The notes under the pieces: generated by a model | Database searches by the model: none | Told to the model about the DNA's origin: nothing | The model's input: only the letters and a program-made list of their open reading frames with translations | Position numbers and translations under genes: made by a program | Virus record (IMG/VR): IMGVR_UViG_2740892443_000002 | Origin: a virus | Lineage: Duplodnaviria; Heunggongvirae; Uroviricota; Caudoviricetes | Length of the DNA stretch: 22,057 nucleotides | Direction: 5' to 3' (one strand) | Shown: positions 8,890 through 17,349 of the stretch, one piece after another | How positions within the stretch are numbered: position 1 is the first letter of the stretch | Layout of the letters: the number at the start of each line of letters is the position of its first letter

Positions 8890-8930
8890 ATGTCATGCAG
8901 ACGCATGAAAACCACTACATAAAGCGGGCA

Positions 8931-8949
8931 GGCGTGGCGGGGATACGAG
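8931..8949 (+). other. cos-like site: GGCGTGGCGGGGATACGAG, resembling the 19-nt cohesive end of P2/186
   Basis: First 13 nt match the remembered 186 cos end GGCGTGGCGGGGA(AAGCAT), and the following GCGCGCT also parallels the remembered P2 left end. Orientation points toward Q as in P2. Remembered sequences are unverified. Confidence 0.45.
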
Positions 8950-9059
8950 CGCGCGCTCATGGTTGAATTAATGAAATTATGGTGTTAAATAGGCTAGCTT
9001 TTTAAGTCGTGAATATTCAATTTTTCAACTCATTTTTTTCATAGGGAGGAGTAATTGAC

Positions 9060-9758
9060 ATGGTTATGTTAGTGGATGACTGTCCACGATGTGGATCACA
9101 AAAAATAGCGTTTGATGTTAATGGGCTGAATTGCACTAGGGTTTACAATGCATTGGGCGGGGGTAAAACATACGAGTACGAGGTCTATTGTGTTTGCCGA
9201 GAGTGTCATAAAACGACAATGTTTCTTTGCAGACCTTTAACGAAAAATAAAACTTTAGATGGCTATAATTGGGAAAGTGGAATATTCGGCTTAAAGGAAG
9301 TTGCAGAGGTTGTTAGGCCTATATCACCGGCAGACTTAGCAGTAGAGGAGCCACCAGAGTTCTTACCTGAGCATATCAATAGTGCATATGAGGAAGGGGC
9401 GAAATGTTTGGCTATAGGTTGTTATAATGCAGCAGCAACCATGTTTAGGCTTTGCCTTGATTATGCCACAAAAGGACTTCTTCCTGATGGGGAGCAAGGG
9501 CCTGCGCAAAAAATAAGGAGAAGCCTAGGGTTAAGAATGGAGTGGTTATTTGATAATCATCTACTGCCTGAAGCTTTAAGGGAACTAGCTGAATGCGTTA
9601 AAGATGACGGAAATGATGGAGCGCATGAAGGTATTTTGGATAAAGCTGCTGCTGAGGATCTTGAAGATTTTACCTATCTTTTTTTAGAACGGCTTTACAC
9701 TGAACCTCAACGCCTTATCGAAGCCAAGACAAGGCGTGAACAAAGAAGAAACAAATAA
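9060..9758 (+). CDS. Zinc-ribbon protein with DUF4145/HEPN-like C-terminal domain (232 aa); cargo gene between cos and portal, candidate defence/abortive-infection effector
   Basis: N-terminal CPRCG...CVCRECH (C4 ribbon); C-terminal helical region ending ...LRELAECVKDDGNDGAHEG... resembles the GN-x-AH core that I recall for DUF4145. GGGAGGAG precedes the ATG; candidate promoter -35 TTGAAT 8963-8968 with TG-extended -10 TAAATA 8986-8991. AT-rich. Stop is 8 bp from the convergent Q stop. Confidence 0.7.
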   Translation: MVMLVDDCPRCGSQKIAFDVNGLNCTRVYNALGGGKTYEYEVYCVCRECHKTTMFLCRPLTKNKTLDGYNWESGIFGLKEVAEVVRPISPADLAVEEPPEFLPEHINSAYEEGAKCLAIGCYNAAATMFRLCLDYATKGLLPDGEQGPAQKIRRSLGLRMEWLFDNHLLPEALRELAECVKDDGNDGAHEGILDKAAAEDLEDFTYLFLERLYTEPQRLIEAKTRREQRRNK

Positions 9759-9766
9759 GTTCGGAA

Positions 9767-10801
9767 TTATTCTTCTGAAAGAATATAGGGCGTAAATTTA
9801 ATCACTTCTTCGCCCAGCCAGTCGTTCAGCTCTTGTAGCCTTTTTTGCAAGGGCGTTAATTCATTACGTACAAATACGCGACTGGCCTTCTCCACATCCC
9901 CAAACCCCCCGACATTATTAGGCATTATCCCCATCATTTGTGGCGGCACACGATGCGCCGCCATCATGTCGTCCCGGCTCACGTTCTTGATATTCAGGAA
10001 CTCATCCTTCGCCGCCACTTCTGACAACGGGATAATCTGAAGCCCGTCCTTTTTACCGTTAGGCGAGTACATAAACAGGTTACGGAAGTTACCAGGACCT
10101 TTGGCGCTTTTCATCGCATTGCGGAGGTTGTTCACATCTTCCTGGTTCTGCGCTGCATCGGTCATGTACATGATGAAGCCTGCATGACTGCCGTTAATGT
10201 AATACTTGCGGCGGAACAGCGTGGCGGACTCGTTGAGCAGAGCTGACGGAATGGCAGAAAGATAACCAGGCAGGCCGTAGATCTCCTGGTTGATGTCCGG
10301 TTCCATCAGATGAAAAATGTTGCATTTCGTGAACTGATACGGCTGCGTAGTCATGCCGTATTGCACAAACCAGTAGGTATCAAGGTCTAACCCGCGTCGG
10401 GTGTATTTTGCCAGTGCAGGCTCAAGGGCGATAACTTCACCGAAGCGGTTCGTGCGTTTCTCCAGGTAGGCGTTACCAAAAACCAGATAGTCCTGTACAA
10501 AACGCGAAAAAGCCTGCTGGCTGAGCAGCGGGTGAGGGATGTAGGTGCTGGTCAGAATGTTGCACTTCACTGCAATCGGTGAGCTGTGATGCACGGCGGC
10601 GCGGAAGGTTCGCGCCAGTCCGTCGAAACTCACAGGCGGCTCGTACCAACGATCCATCTGTACGCATTCCACATAGTCCAGCAGTTCGCGGCGGTCCAGA
10701 ACAGGAACGGGATCACCGAAGCTGAATGCTTCGGCTGAAGTCTGGCTTTTATGCTGGATCTGTTTCGTCGACGCAGCGCGGTTCTTCTTACTCTTTCCCA
10801 T
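9767..10801 (-). CDS. Q: Portal protein, P2 gpQ family (344 aa from ATG at 10799-10801)
   Basis: Size identical to P2 Q (344 aa), position and orientation next to cos and the large terminase gene as in P2; start overlaps the P stop (TGATG). Confidence 0.85.
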   Translation of the reverse strand: MGKSKKNRAASTKQIQHKSQTSAEAFSFGDPVPVLDRRELLDYVECVQMDRWYEPPVSFDGLARTFRAAVHHSSPIAVKCNILTSTYIPHPLLSQQAFSRFVQDYLVFGNAYLEKRTNRFGEVIALEPALAKYTRRGLDLDTYWFVQYGMTTQPYQFTKCNIFHLMEPDINQEIYGLPGYLSAIPSALLNESATLFRRKYYINGSHAGFIMYMTDAAQNQEDVNNLRNAMKSAKGPGNFRNLFMYSPNGKKDGLQIIPLSEVAAKDEFLNIKNVSRDDMMAAHRVPPQMMGIMPNNVGGFGDVEKASRVFVRNELTPLQKRLQELNDWLGEEVIKFTPYILSEE

Positions 10802-12567
10802 CAAAAAATCTCCACAATATTGCTGGTATTGGCGGACTCGCCCTGCAGCGGTTCGTTAAACAGTGCGTGCATTGTTGCCCAGGCCAGATCGGCATGGCTG
10901 GCTTCTTCGCTGCGGCTGGCTTCATAGGTCGGGCGGTTGCCACTGGCAGTGGTAGCGCGACGGATTGCCATAAATGACTGCGCAATGTCGGTGTGCCCGG
11001 CGTCAAACTCCAGACGGCGGTGGCTGATAATGTCGTAGGCCTTGAGTACCAGGGCGTTTTTAACGTTGGGGTTATAGACAAACTCCCTGACGGCAGGAAA
11101 AAACGCTTTCACGTTCTCGTAAACCCCGTGACCGACGCCGGTCGAGTCGATACCGATATAGGTCACGTTATACTGTTCGGTCAGTTTTTTGATGGCGTCA
11201 GCCTGGGCGCGGAAGTCCATCCCGCGCCACTGGTGACGCTCAAGAATGCGGAACTTACCACCCGGCACGGCTGGCGGAGCCACCACCACGCATCCGGCAC
11301 TGTCGCCGTTCTGCGTACCTTTTGCCGGGTCATAACCGATCCACACTTCGCGCCAGCCAAACGGGCGCAGGGCCAGTGCATGAAAGTCGGTCCAGACTTC
11401 CCAGCTGTCCACCATGCACGCCTGCAGTTCGCTGAGCGGGAACACGGACGCGAGATCGTCCACGAACTCGCACATCAGCAGGTTCTGGTATTCGTCCGGG
11501 CTGTACTCCATGCGCAGCTGGTCGAGGTCGAACAGGTTACAGCCGCCGCGCACCGCATCTTCCACGGTGACTATCTGGCGGTATTGCCCGTCTGCGCACA
11601 GTAGGCCGGGGGCCAGATTGCTGTGGGACAGGTCGATGTCCACCTTGTCAGCTTTGTTGCGTCCACGGTTGAACAGCGCACCGGACCAGAACGGATAAGC
11701 ACTGTGGGTCAGGCTGGATGGCGTGGAAAAATAGGTTTGTCGCCATTTCTTGTGAATAGCCATACCGGAAGCCACTTTGCGCAACTCCTGGAATTTCGGT
11801 ATCCAGAAATATTCATCCAGATACAGGTTGCCGTGGTAACTCTGCGCCGTGCGGGCATTGGTGCCGAGGAAGTAAAGCGTGGCCCCGTTAGGAAGCACCA
11901 TCGGATCGCCTTTCAGCTCCACCTCGACTTCTTTGGCGAAGTCGATGATGTACTGCTTAAAGACGTGAGCCTGTGCCTTACTGGCAGAAAGGAAAATCTG
12001 GTTACGTCCGGTAAGCAGGGCGTCAATCAGGGCTTCACGGGCAAAGTAAAAGGTCGCGCCGATCTGGCGTGACTTCAGCAGGTTGCGGATGCGGTTGGTT
12101 TTTCCGGCTTCCCACCAGTGGCGCTGGTAGTTGAACATGGAGGAATGGAAGATTTCTTCCAGTTTCTCTATCTGTTCATCGGTGAAAACATTCTTTTCCG
12201 GCTGACGGCGCGGGCCTTTGTTGCGGTTGGCGACGTTAGGGTTTAAGTCGGCTTCGTTACCGCCATTGTTAAACTTGCCGATCCGCGCGTGGCGCTCCGA
12301 CTGGCGCGCCAGCAGGTCAATTTCTTTGAAATCTTTCCCTTCTTTGTGCTCCTTCATAATGAGCTGGCAGTAACGTGCGGCGGTGGTGAGCTGCATCTGA
12401 TCCAGCGGCCCATAGTCACCCCACTTGTCGCGTTTCTTCCAGCTGTGAACGGTTGCAACTTTCTCGCCCAGCATTTCAGCAATGCGGGCTACGCGGTATC
12501 CCTGAAAGTACAGCAGCATGGCCTGCCGACGGGGATCGAGATCTGCGGGTGTCAGTGTGGTGTTCAT
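10801..12567 (-). CDS. P: Terminase large (ATPase) subunit, P2 gpP family (588 aa)
   Basis: Size (P2 P is ~590 aa) and position, co-oriented with Q and divergent from O, as in the P2 packaging module. Confidence 0.85.
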   Translation of the reverse strand: MNTTLTPADLDPRRQAMLLYFQGYRVARIAEMLGEKVATVHSWKKRDKWGDYGPLDQMQLTTAARYCQLIMKEHKEGKDFKEIDLLARQSERHARIGKFNNGGNEADLNPNVANRNKGPRRQPEKNVFTDEQIEKLEEIFHSSMFNYQRHWWEAGKTNRIRNLLKSRQIGATFYFAREALIDALLTGRNQIFLSASKAQAHVFKQYIIDFAKEVEVELKGDPMVLPNGATLYFLGTNARTAQSYHGNLYLDEYFWIPKFQELRKVASGMAIHKKWRQTYFSTPSSLTHSAYPFWSGALFNRGRNKADKVDIDLSHSNLAPGLLCADGQYRQIVTVEDAVRGGCNLFDLDQLRMEYSPDEYQNLLMCEFVDDLASVFPLSELQACMVDSWEVWTDFHALALRPFGWREVWIGYDPAKGTQNGDSAGCVVVAPPAVPGGKFRILERHQWRGMDFRAQADAIKKLTEQYNVTYIGIDSTGVGHGVYENVKAFFPAVREFVYNPNVKNALVLKAYDIISHRRLEFDAGHTDIAQSFMAIRRATTASGNRPTYEASRSEEASHADLAWATMHALFNEPLQGESANTSNIVEIF

Positions 12568-12613
12568 GGCACAAACCTACAGCCTTGAATGAAGGCTTTC
12601 CCCGCCTGCGGTT

Positions 12614-12631
12614 TGTGTGGTTGTCGGTACA
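12614..12631 (+). promoter_or_regulatory. TGT-N12-ACA dyad in the P-O divergent intergenic region; candidate Ogr/B-dependent late-promoter activator site
   Basis: TGTGTGGTTGTCGGTACA read at 12614-12631; P2-family late promoters carry a TGT-N12-ACA element about 55 bp upstream of the start site, which here would place a rightward start roughly 30 nt before the O ATG. Confidence 0.4.
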
Positions 12632-12709
12632 AATACCGCGCATTGTTTCACTGCCCCCATCACCGCAACCATAAGGCTCCAGTAAGTTATTTCTAACGGA
12701 GCACGGCTC

Positions 12710-13543
12710 ATGACAGTGAAAGCAAAGCGTTTTCGCATCGGGGTGGAAGGTGCCACCACCGACGGACGCGAAATCCAGCGTGAATGGCTGGAACAGATGG
12801 CAGCCAGCTACAACCCGGCGGTGTATACCGCGCTGATTAACCTTGAGCACATCAAGTCTTATCTCCCGGACAGCACCTTTAACCGTTACGGCAAGGTGAC
12901 GGCGCTGTTTGCTGAAGAAATCACGGAAGGCCCGCTGGCAGGCAAGATGGCGCTGTATGCCGGCGTTGAGCCAACGGAGTCCCTGGTGGAATTGGTGAAA
13001 AAAGGCCAGAAATTATTCACCTCTATGGAAGTCAGCCCGAAGTTTGCTGATACGGGCAAAGCCTACCTGGTCGGCCTGGCTGCCACTGATGACCCTGCCA
13101 GTCTGGGCACTGAAATGCTGACATTCAGCGCCAGTGCAGCCCATAACCCGCTGGCAAACCGCAAGCAGAATCCTGCCAATCTCTTTACCGCTGCAGAGGA
13201 AACGGTGATCGAACTGGAAGAAATCCAGGACGACAAACCGTCCCTGTTTGCCCGCGTCACGGCGCTGTTTACCAAAAAAGAGCAGTCCGATGACGCCCGG
13301 TTCTCTGATGTGCATAAGGCCGTGGAGCTGGTCGCCACTGAGCAGCAGAACCTGAGCGCACGCACCGAAAAATCCCTGTCTGAGCAGGAAGAACGCCTGT
13401 CTGAGCTGGAGACTGCCTTGCAGGCACAGCAAACCGCCTTTAACGAACTGGTGGACAAGCTGAGTCATGAAGACAGCCGCCAGGACTACCGCCAGCGTGC
13501 AACAGGCGGTAACGCCCCCGCTGACACTCTGACCAATTGCTGA
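12710..13543 (+). CDS. O: Capsid scaffolding protein, P2 gpO family (277 aa)
   Basis: Position and size (P2 O ~284 aa) immediately before the major capsid gene; acidic, alanine-rich, coiled-coil-like C-terminal half typical of scaffold proteins. Confidence 0.8.
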   Translation: MTVKAKRFRIGVEGATTDGREIQREWLEQMAASYNPAVYTALINLEHIKSYLPDSTFNRYGKVTALFAEEITEGPLAGKMALYAGVEPTESLVELVKKGQKLFTSMEVSPKFADTGKAYLVGLAATDDPASLGTEMLTFSASAAHNPLANRKQNPANLFTAAEETVIELEEIQDDKPSLFARVTALFTKKEQSDDARFSDVHKAVELVATEQQNLSARTEKSLSEQEERLSELETALQAQQTAFNELVDKLSHEDSRQDYRQRATGGNAPADTLTNC

Positions 13544-13559
13544 TGGAGCACAAAACCCG

Positions 13560-14618
13560 ATGAAGAAGAATACCCGCTTTGCTTTTAACGCTTACCTGCA
13601 GCAGCTGGCGCGTCTGAACGGTGTGGCAGTTGAAGAACTGTCCAGCAAGTTCACCGTGGAGCCGTCTGTACAGCAGACGCTGGAAGACCAGATCCAGCAG
13701 TCCGCCGCTTTCCTGACGCTGATTAACGTCACGCCAGTGACTGAGCAGTCTGGGCAGTTGCTGGGGCTGGGGGTTGGCAGCACCATTGCCGGAACCACTG
13801 ATACCACCGCAAAAGAGCGTGAGCCTGTCGATCCGACGCTGATGGTCGATGTGGAATACAAATGCGAACAGACCAACTTTGACACGGTGCTGACCTACGC
13901 GAAGCTGGACCTGTGGGCGAAGTTTCAGGATTTCCAGGTGCGTATCCGTAACGCCATCGTGAAACGTCAGGCACTGGACCGCATCATGATCGGCTTTAAC
14001 GGCGTGAAGCGTGCGAAAACCTCCAACCGTAGCGAAAACCCGCTGCTGCAGGATGTGAACAAAGGCTGGCTGCAGAAAATCCGTGAGGATGCACCGGATC
14101 ACGTCATGGGCAGCACCACCACGGGCGGTGAAACCACACCGGGCGCGGTGAAAGTCGGGAAAGGTGGCGAATATGCCAACCTGGACGCCGTAGTGATGGA
14201 TGCCGTCAATGAGCTTATCGATGTGGTCTACCAGGACGATGACGATCTGGTGGTGATTTGCGGTCGTGAACTGCTGTCTGACAAGTATTTCCCGCTGGTC
14301 AACAAAGAGCAGGAAAACAGTGAAAAACTGGCTGCCGATATGATCATCAGTCAGAAACGCATGGGTGGCCTGCAGGCGGTGCGTGCGCCGTTCTTCCCGC
14401 CGAATGCGCTGCTGATCACCCGTCTGGATAACCTGTCCATCTACTGGCAGGAAGATACCCGCCGCCGTTCAGTTATCGACAACCCGAAACGTGACCGGAT
14501 TGAAAATTTTGAATCCGTTAACGAAGCCTATGTGGTTGAGGACTATCGCTGCGCTGCACTGGTGGAAAACATCCAGATTGGTGACTTCAGCGCCGCCGCA
14601 GCAGAAACCGGAGCGTAA
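13560..14618 (+). CDS. N: Major capsid protein, P2 gpN family (352 aa)
   Basis: Translation MKKNTRFAFNAYLQQLARLNGVAVEELSSKFTVEPSVQQTLEDQIQQSAAFLTLINVTPV... matches the pattern of remembered P2 gpN (M..ETRFKFNAYLSRVAELNGIDAGDVSKKFTVEPSVTQTL...); size fits. Confidence 0.9.
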   Translation: MKKNTRFAFNAYLQQLARLNGVAVEELSSKFTVEPSVQQTLEDQIQQSAAFLTLINVTPVTEQSGQLLGLGVGSTIAGTTDTTAKEREPVDPTLMVDVEYKCEQTNFDTVLTYAKLDLWAKFQDFQVRIRNAIVKRQALDRIMIGFNGVKRAKTSNRSENPLLQDVNKGWLQKIREDAPDHVMGSTTTGGETTPGAVKVGKGGEYANLDAVVMDAVNELIDVVYQDDDDLVVICGRELLSDKYFPLVNKEQENSEKLAADMIISQKRMGGLQAVRAPFFPPNALLITRLDNLSIYWQEDTRRRSVIDNPKRDRIENFESVNEAYVVEDYRCAALVENIQIGDFSAAAAETGA

Positions 14619-14621
14619 TTC

Positions 14622-15272
14622 ATGAGCCTGAGTCCCGCACGGCAGCATCGCCTGCGCGTTCAGGCTGAACAGGCCGCTCGCGAGGGTGGCAGTGTTCGCC
14701 ACGCGTCGGGCTATGACCTGATGCTGCTGCAACTGGCGGAAGACCGTCGCCGTCTCAAGGGCGTTCAGTCCACGGTAAAAAAAGCGGAAATCAAGGTGGA
14801 GCTGCTGCCGAAATATGCTGCCTGGGCGGAGGGCGTTCTGGCTGCCGGAGGCGCTCAACAGGATGACGTGCTGATGTACGTGATGCTGTGGCGCATTGAT
14901 GCCGGAGATTATGCCGGGGCGCTGGAGATCGGGCGTCATGCCCTGCGTCATGGCTGGGTGATGCCGCTGGGTAACCGCAACGTGCAGACCGTGCTGGCAG
15001 AGGAAATGGCAGACGCGGCGCAGAGCGCAATGCTTGCCGCCACCGGCTTTGATGCCGATCTGTTGCTGCAGACGCTGGAGCTGACAGACGGTCTGGATAT
15101 GCCGGACCAGTCACGGGCGCGTCTGCATAAAGCGATTGGCGCTGTCCTGTGTGAAAGCAACCCGGCTTCCGCCCTTAATCATCTCAACCATGCGTTACAG
15201 CTCGATCCCCGCTGTGGCGTGAAAAAAGACAAACAGCAGCTGGAGCGCAGACTGCGCAATGACAGCCGCTGA
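14622..15272 (+). CDS. M: Terminase small/endonuclease subunit, P2 gpM family (216 aa)
   Basis: Position directly after N and size class fit P2 gene M; start 3 nt after the N stop. Confidence 0.75.
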   Translation: MSLSPARQHRLRVQAEQAAREGGSVRHASGYDLMLLQLAEDRRRLKGVQSTVKKAEIKVELLPKYAAWAEGVLAAGGAQQDDVLMYVMLWRIDAGDYAGALEIGRHALRHGWVMPLGNRNVQTVLAEEMADAAQSAMLAATGFDADLLLQTLELTDGLDMPDQSRARLHKAIGAVLCESNPASALNHLNHALQLDPRCGVKKDKQQLERRLRNDSR

Positions 15273-15367
15273 CAGAACGTGCCCCCGCGCACGGGCGGCA
15301 CGGGGTGGCGAAAGGCACTGCCACATCAACACCCCGTCCACCGCCCTCTATTTCAGGAGAAAGCAGC

Positions 15368-16867
15368 ATGAAGTTTGTTGCGCCAGAACAGGCACCGGAA
15401 CAGGCGGAAATCATCAGAAACACGCCGTTCTGGCCTGATGTGGACCTGTCGGAGTTTCGCAGTGTCATGCGCACTGACGGCACGGTGACGCAGCCGCGTT
15501 TAAAGCAGGTTGCGCTGGCTGCAGTGCTGGGGCCGCTGGCAGTGATCCGTCTGGGATTCTCTGTGCTGGGTATCAAAACGTTATCTTCCGTTACGGCAGC
15601 AGTAACTCGAACCAGCAGCGCGTTGTCCTGGCTGGCTGGCGCACCACTGGCACTGCTGCGACGCGGGCTTGCTTCATCGGGCAACGCCGCAGGTTTACTT
15701 ACTGCGCCGTTGTCGTCTTTGCGCCGCACGGCATCACTGACGGGAAATGTCCTGAAAACTGTAGCAGGTGCGCCGGTTGCACTTTTGCGGTCTGGATTAT
15801 CCGGTTTACGTGCTGTTGCTGTGATGTTTATGAATCCTCTGGCGGTACTGCGCGGTGGACTGGCCGCCGCAGGCACGGTGCTGCGAGTACTGGCATCTGG
15901 TCCACTGGCGATGCTGCGCGTTGCCCTGTATGCCATATCTGGTCTGTTAGGTGCTCTGCTCAGTCCGATAGGTCTTGTGGTTACTGCACTGGCGGGCGTG
16001 GCGCTGGTTGTCTGGAAATACTGGCAACCCATCACCGCATTTCTCGGTGGCGTGGTGGAAGGATTCAAAGCGGCGGCAGGTCCCATCAGTGCAGCGTTCG
16101 AACCGCTTAAGCCCGTGTTCCAGTGGATTGGCGACAAAGTGCAGGCGCTGTGGGGCTGGTTTACTGATCTGCTGACGCCCGTTAAGTCGACCTCTGCCGA
16201 ACTGCAGAGCGCAGCGGCAATGGGGCGGCGATTCGGGGAGGCACTGGCGGAAGGGCTGAATATGGTCATGCATCCGCTGGACTCCCTGAAATCCGGCGTT
16301 TCCTGGTTGCTGGAGAAGCTCGGCATTGTCAGTAAAGAGGCCGCAAAGGCAAAACTGCCGGAAAGCGTGACGCGTCAGCAACCTGCGACGGTGAATGCAG
16401 ACGGTAAAGTGATGATGCCATCGGGTGGTTTTCCATCATGGGGATATGGCTTTGCGGGGATGTATGACAGCGGCGGGTATATCCCGCGCGGGCAGTTTGG
16501 CATCGTCGGTGAAAACGGGCCGGAAATTGTTAACGGCCCGGCAAATGTGACCAGCCGGAGAAATACAGCTGCACTGGCTGCCGTTGTTGCCGGAATGATG
16601 GGCGTTGCTGCCGCGCCAGCAGAGCTTCCACCGTTGCACCCTTTGGCACTTCCCGCGAAAGGTGGAGAAGCAATTGTGAGTCGCGCAGCCACTGTGCCGC
16701 TCGTTCAACGGATTGAGGCACCGACGCAGATCATCATTCAGACGCAGCCAGGACAAAGTGCGCAGGATATTGCGCGGGAGGTGGCACGCCAGCTTGATGA
16801 ACGTGAACGCAGGCTGAAGGCAAAAGCCAGGAGTAACTACAGCGATCAGGGGGGATACGACGCATGA
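15368..16867 (+). pseudogene. In-frame deletion remnant: 5' end of a head-completion (gpL-position) gene fused to the C-terminal part of a tail tape-measure (gpT-like) gene; 499 aa ORF
   Basis: ATG at 15368 with AGGAG at 15355-15359. N-terminal ~45 aa (MKFVAPEQAPEQAEIIRNTPFWPDVDLSEF...) is unlike what follows, which is Ala/Leu/Gly-rich repetitive sequence with a C-terminal ...GYIPRGQFGIVGENGPEIV... segment typical of tape-measure proteins. The ORF sits between M and U, where P2 has about 20 genes (L through T). Confidence 0.6.
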
Positions 16868-17349
16868 TGATGGTGCTGGGATTGTACGTGTTTATGCTGC
16901 GCACCGTTCCGTATCAGGAACTGCAGTATCAACGCAGCTGGCGACATGCGGCAAACAGTCGGGTAAACCGACGTCCGTCCACGCAGTTTCTGGGACCGGA
17001 AAACGACATGCTGACGCTTTCCGGTGTTCTTATGCCGGAAATAACAGGCGGCAGGCTGTCGTTGCTGGCACTGGAGCAGATGGCAGAACAGGGGAAAGCA
17101 TGGCCCCTGATTGAAGGCAGCGGCACGATTTACGGCATGTATGTGATTGAGGGACTGAATCAGACTAAAACGGAGTTTTTCCGCGACGGTATGCCGCGCC
17201 GGATTGAGTTCACCCTGTCGCTCAAACGAGTGGATGAATCCCTGTCCGATATGTTCGGTGATCTCAGTGCGCAACTGAATAATCTGCAGGACACGGCAAC
17301 GTCTGCCTTAAGCGATATCAGTAAAACGGTGGGAGGGCTGCTGTCGTGA
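16864..17349 (+). CDS. U: Tail protein, P2 gpU family (161 aa)
   Basis: Translation MMMVLGLYVFMLRTVPYQELQ...FLGPENDMLTLSGVLMPEITGG... resembles remembered P2 gpU (MMLALGMFVF...TLPYQ...FLG...ITLAGVLYPELTGG); ATGA overlap with upstream ORF. Confidence 0.8.
   Translation: MMMVLGLYVFMLRTVPYQELQYQRSWRHAANSRVNRRPSTQFLGPENDMLTLSGVLMPEITGGRLSLLALEQMAEQGKAWPLIEGSGTIYGMYVIEGLNQTKTEFFRDGMPRRIEFTLSLKRVDESLSDMFGDLSAQLNNLQDTATSALSDISKTVGGLLS

Noticed and set aside
10993-12072. Plus-strand ORFs of 203 and 149 aa inside the terminase gene P
   Set aside because: Fully nested antisense to a well-supported large gene; no ribosome-binding site context; typical shadow ORFs.
13013-14102. Minus-strand ORFs (151, 131, 220 aa) overlapping O and N
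   Set aside because: Antisense shadow ORFs within the scaffold and capsid genes; translations are Cys/Arg/Ser-rich low-complexity.
15279-15303. GC-rich imperfect hairpin after gene M (GTGCCCCCG...CGGGCGGCAC)
   Set aside because: No following T-run on either strand, so not a convincing intrinsic terminator; may be incidental GC-rich secondary structure.
15184-16326. 380-aa minus-strand ORF antisense to the tape-measure-like region
   Set aside because: Lies entirely within a GC-rich, repetitive coding region on the opposite strand; low-complexity Ala/Ser/Pro-rich translation; such antisense ORFs are expected by chance in high-GC sequence. The plus-strand ORF fits the synteny.
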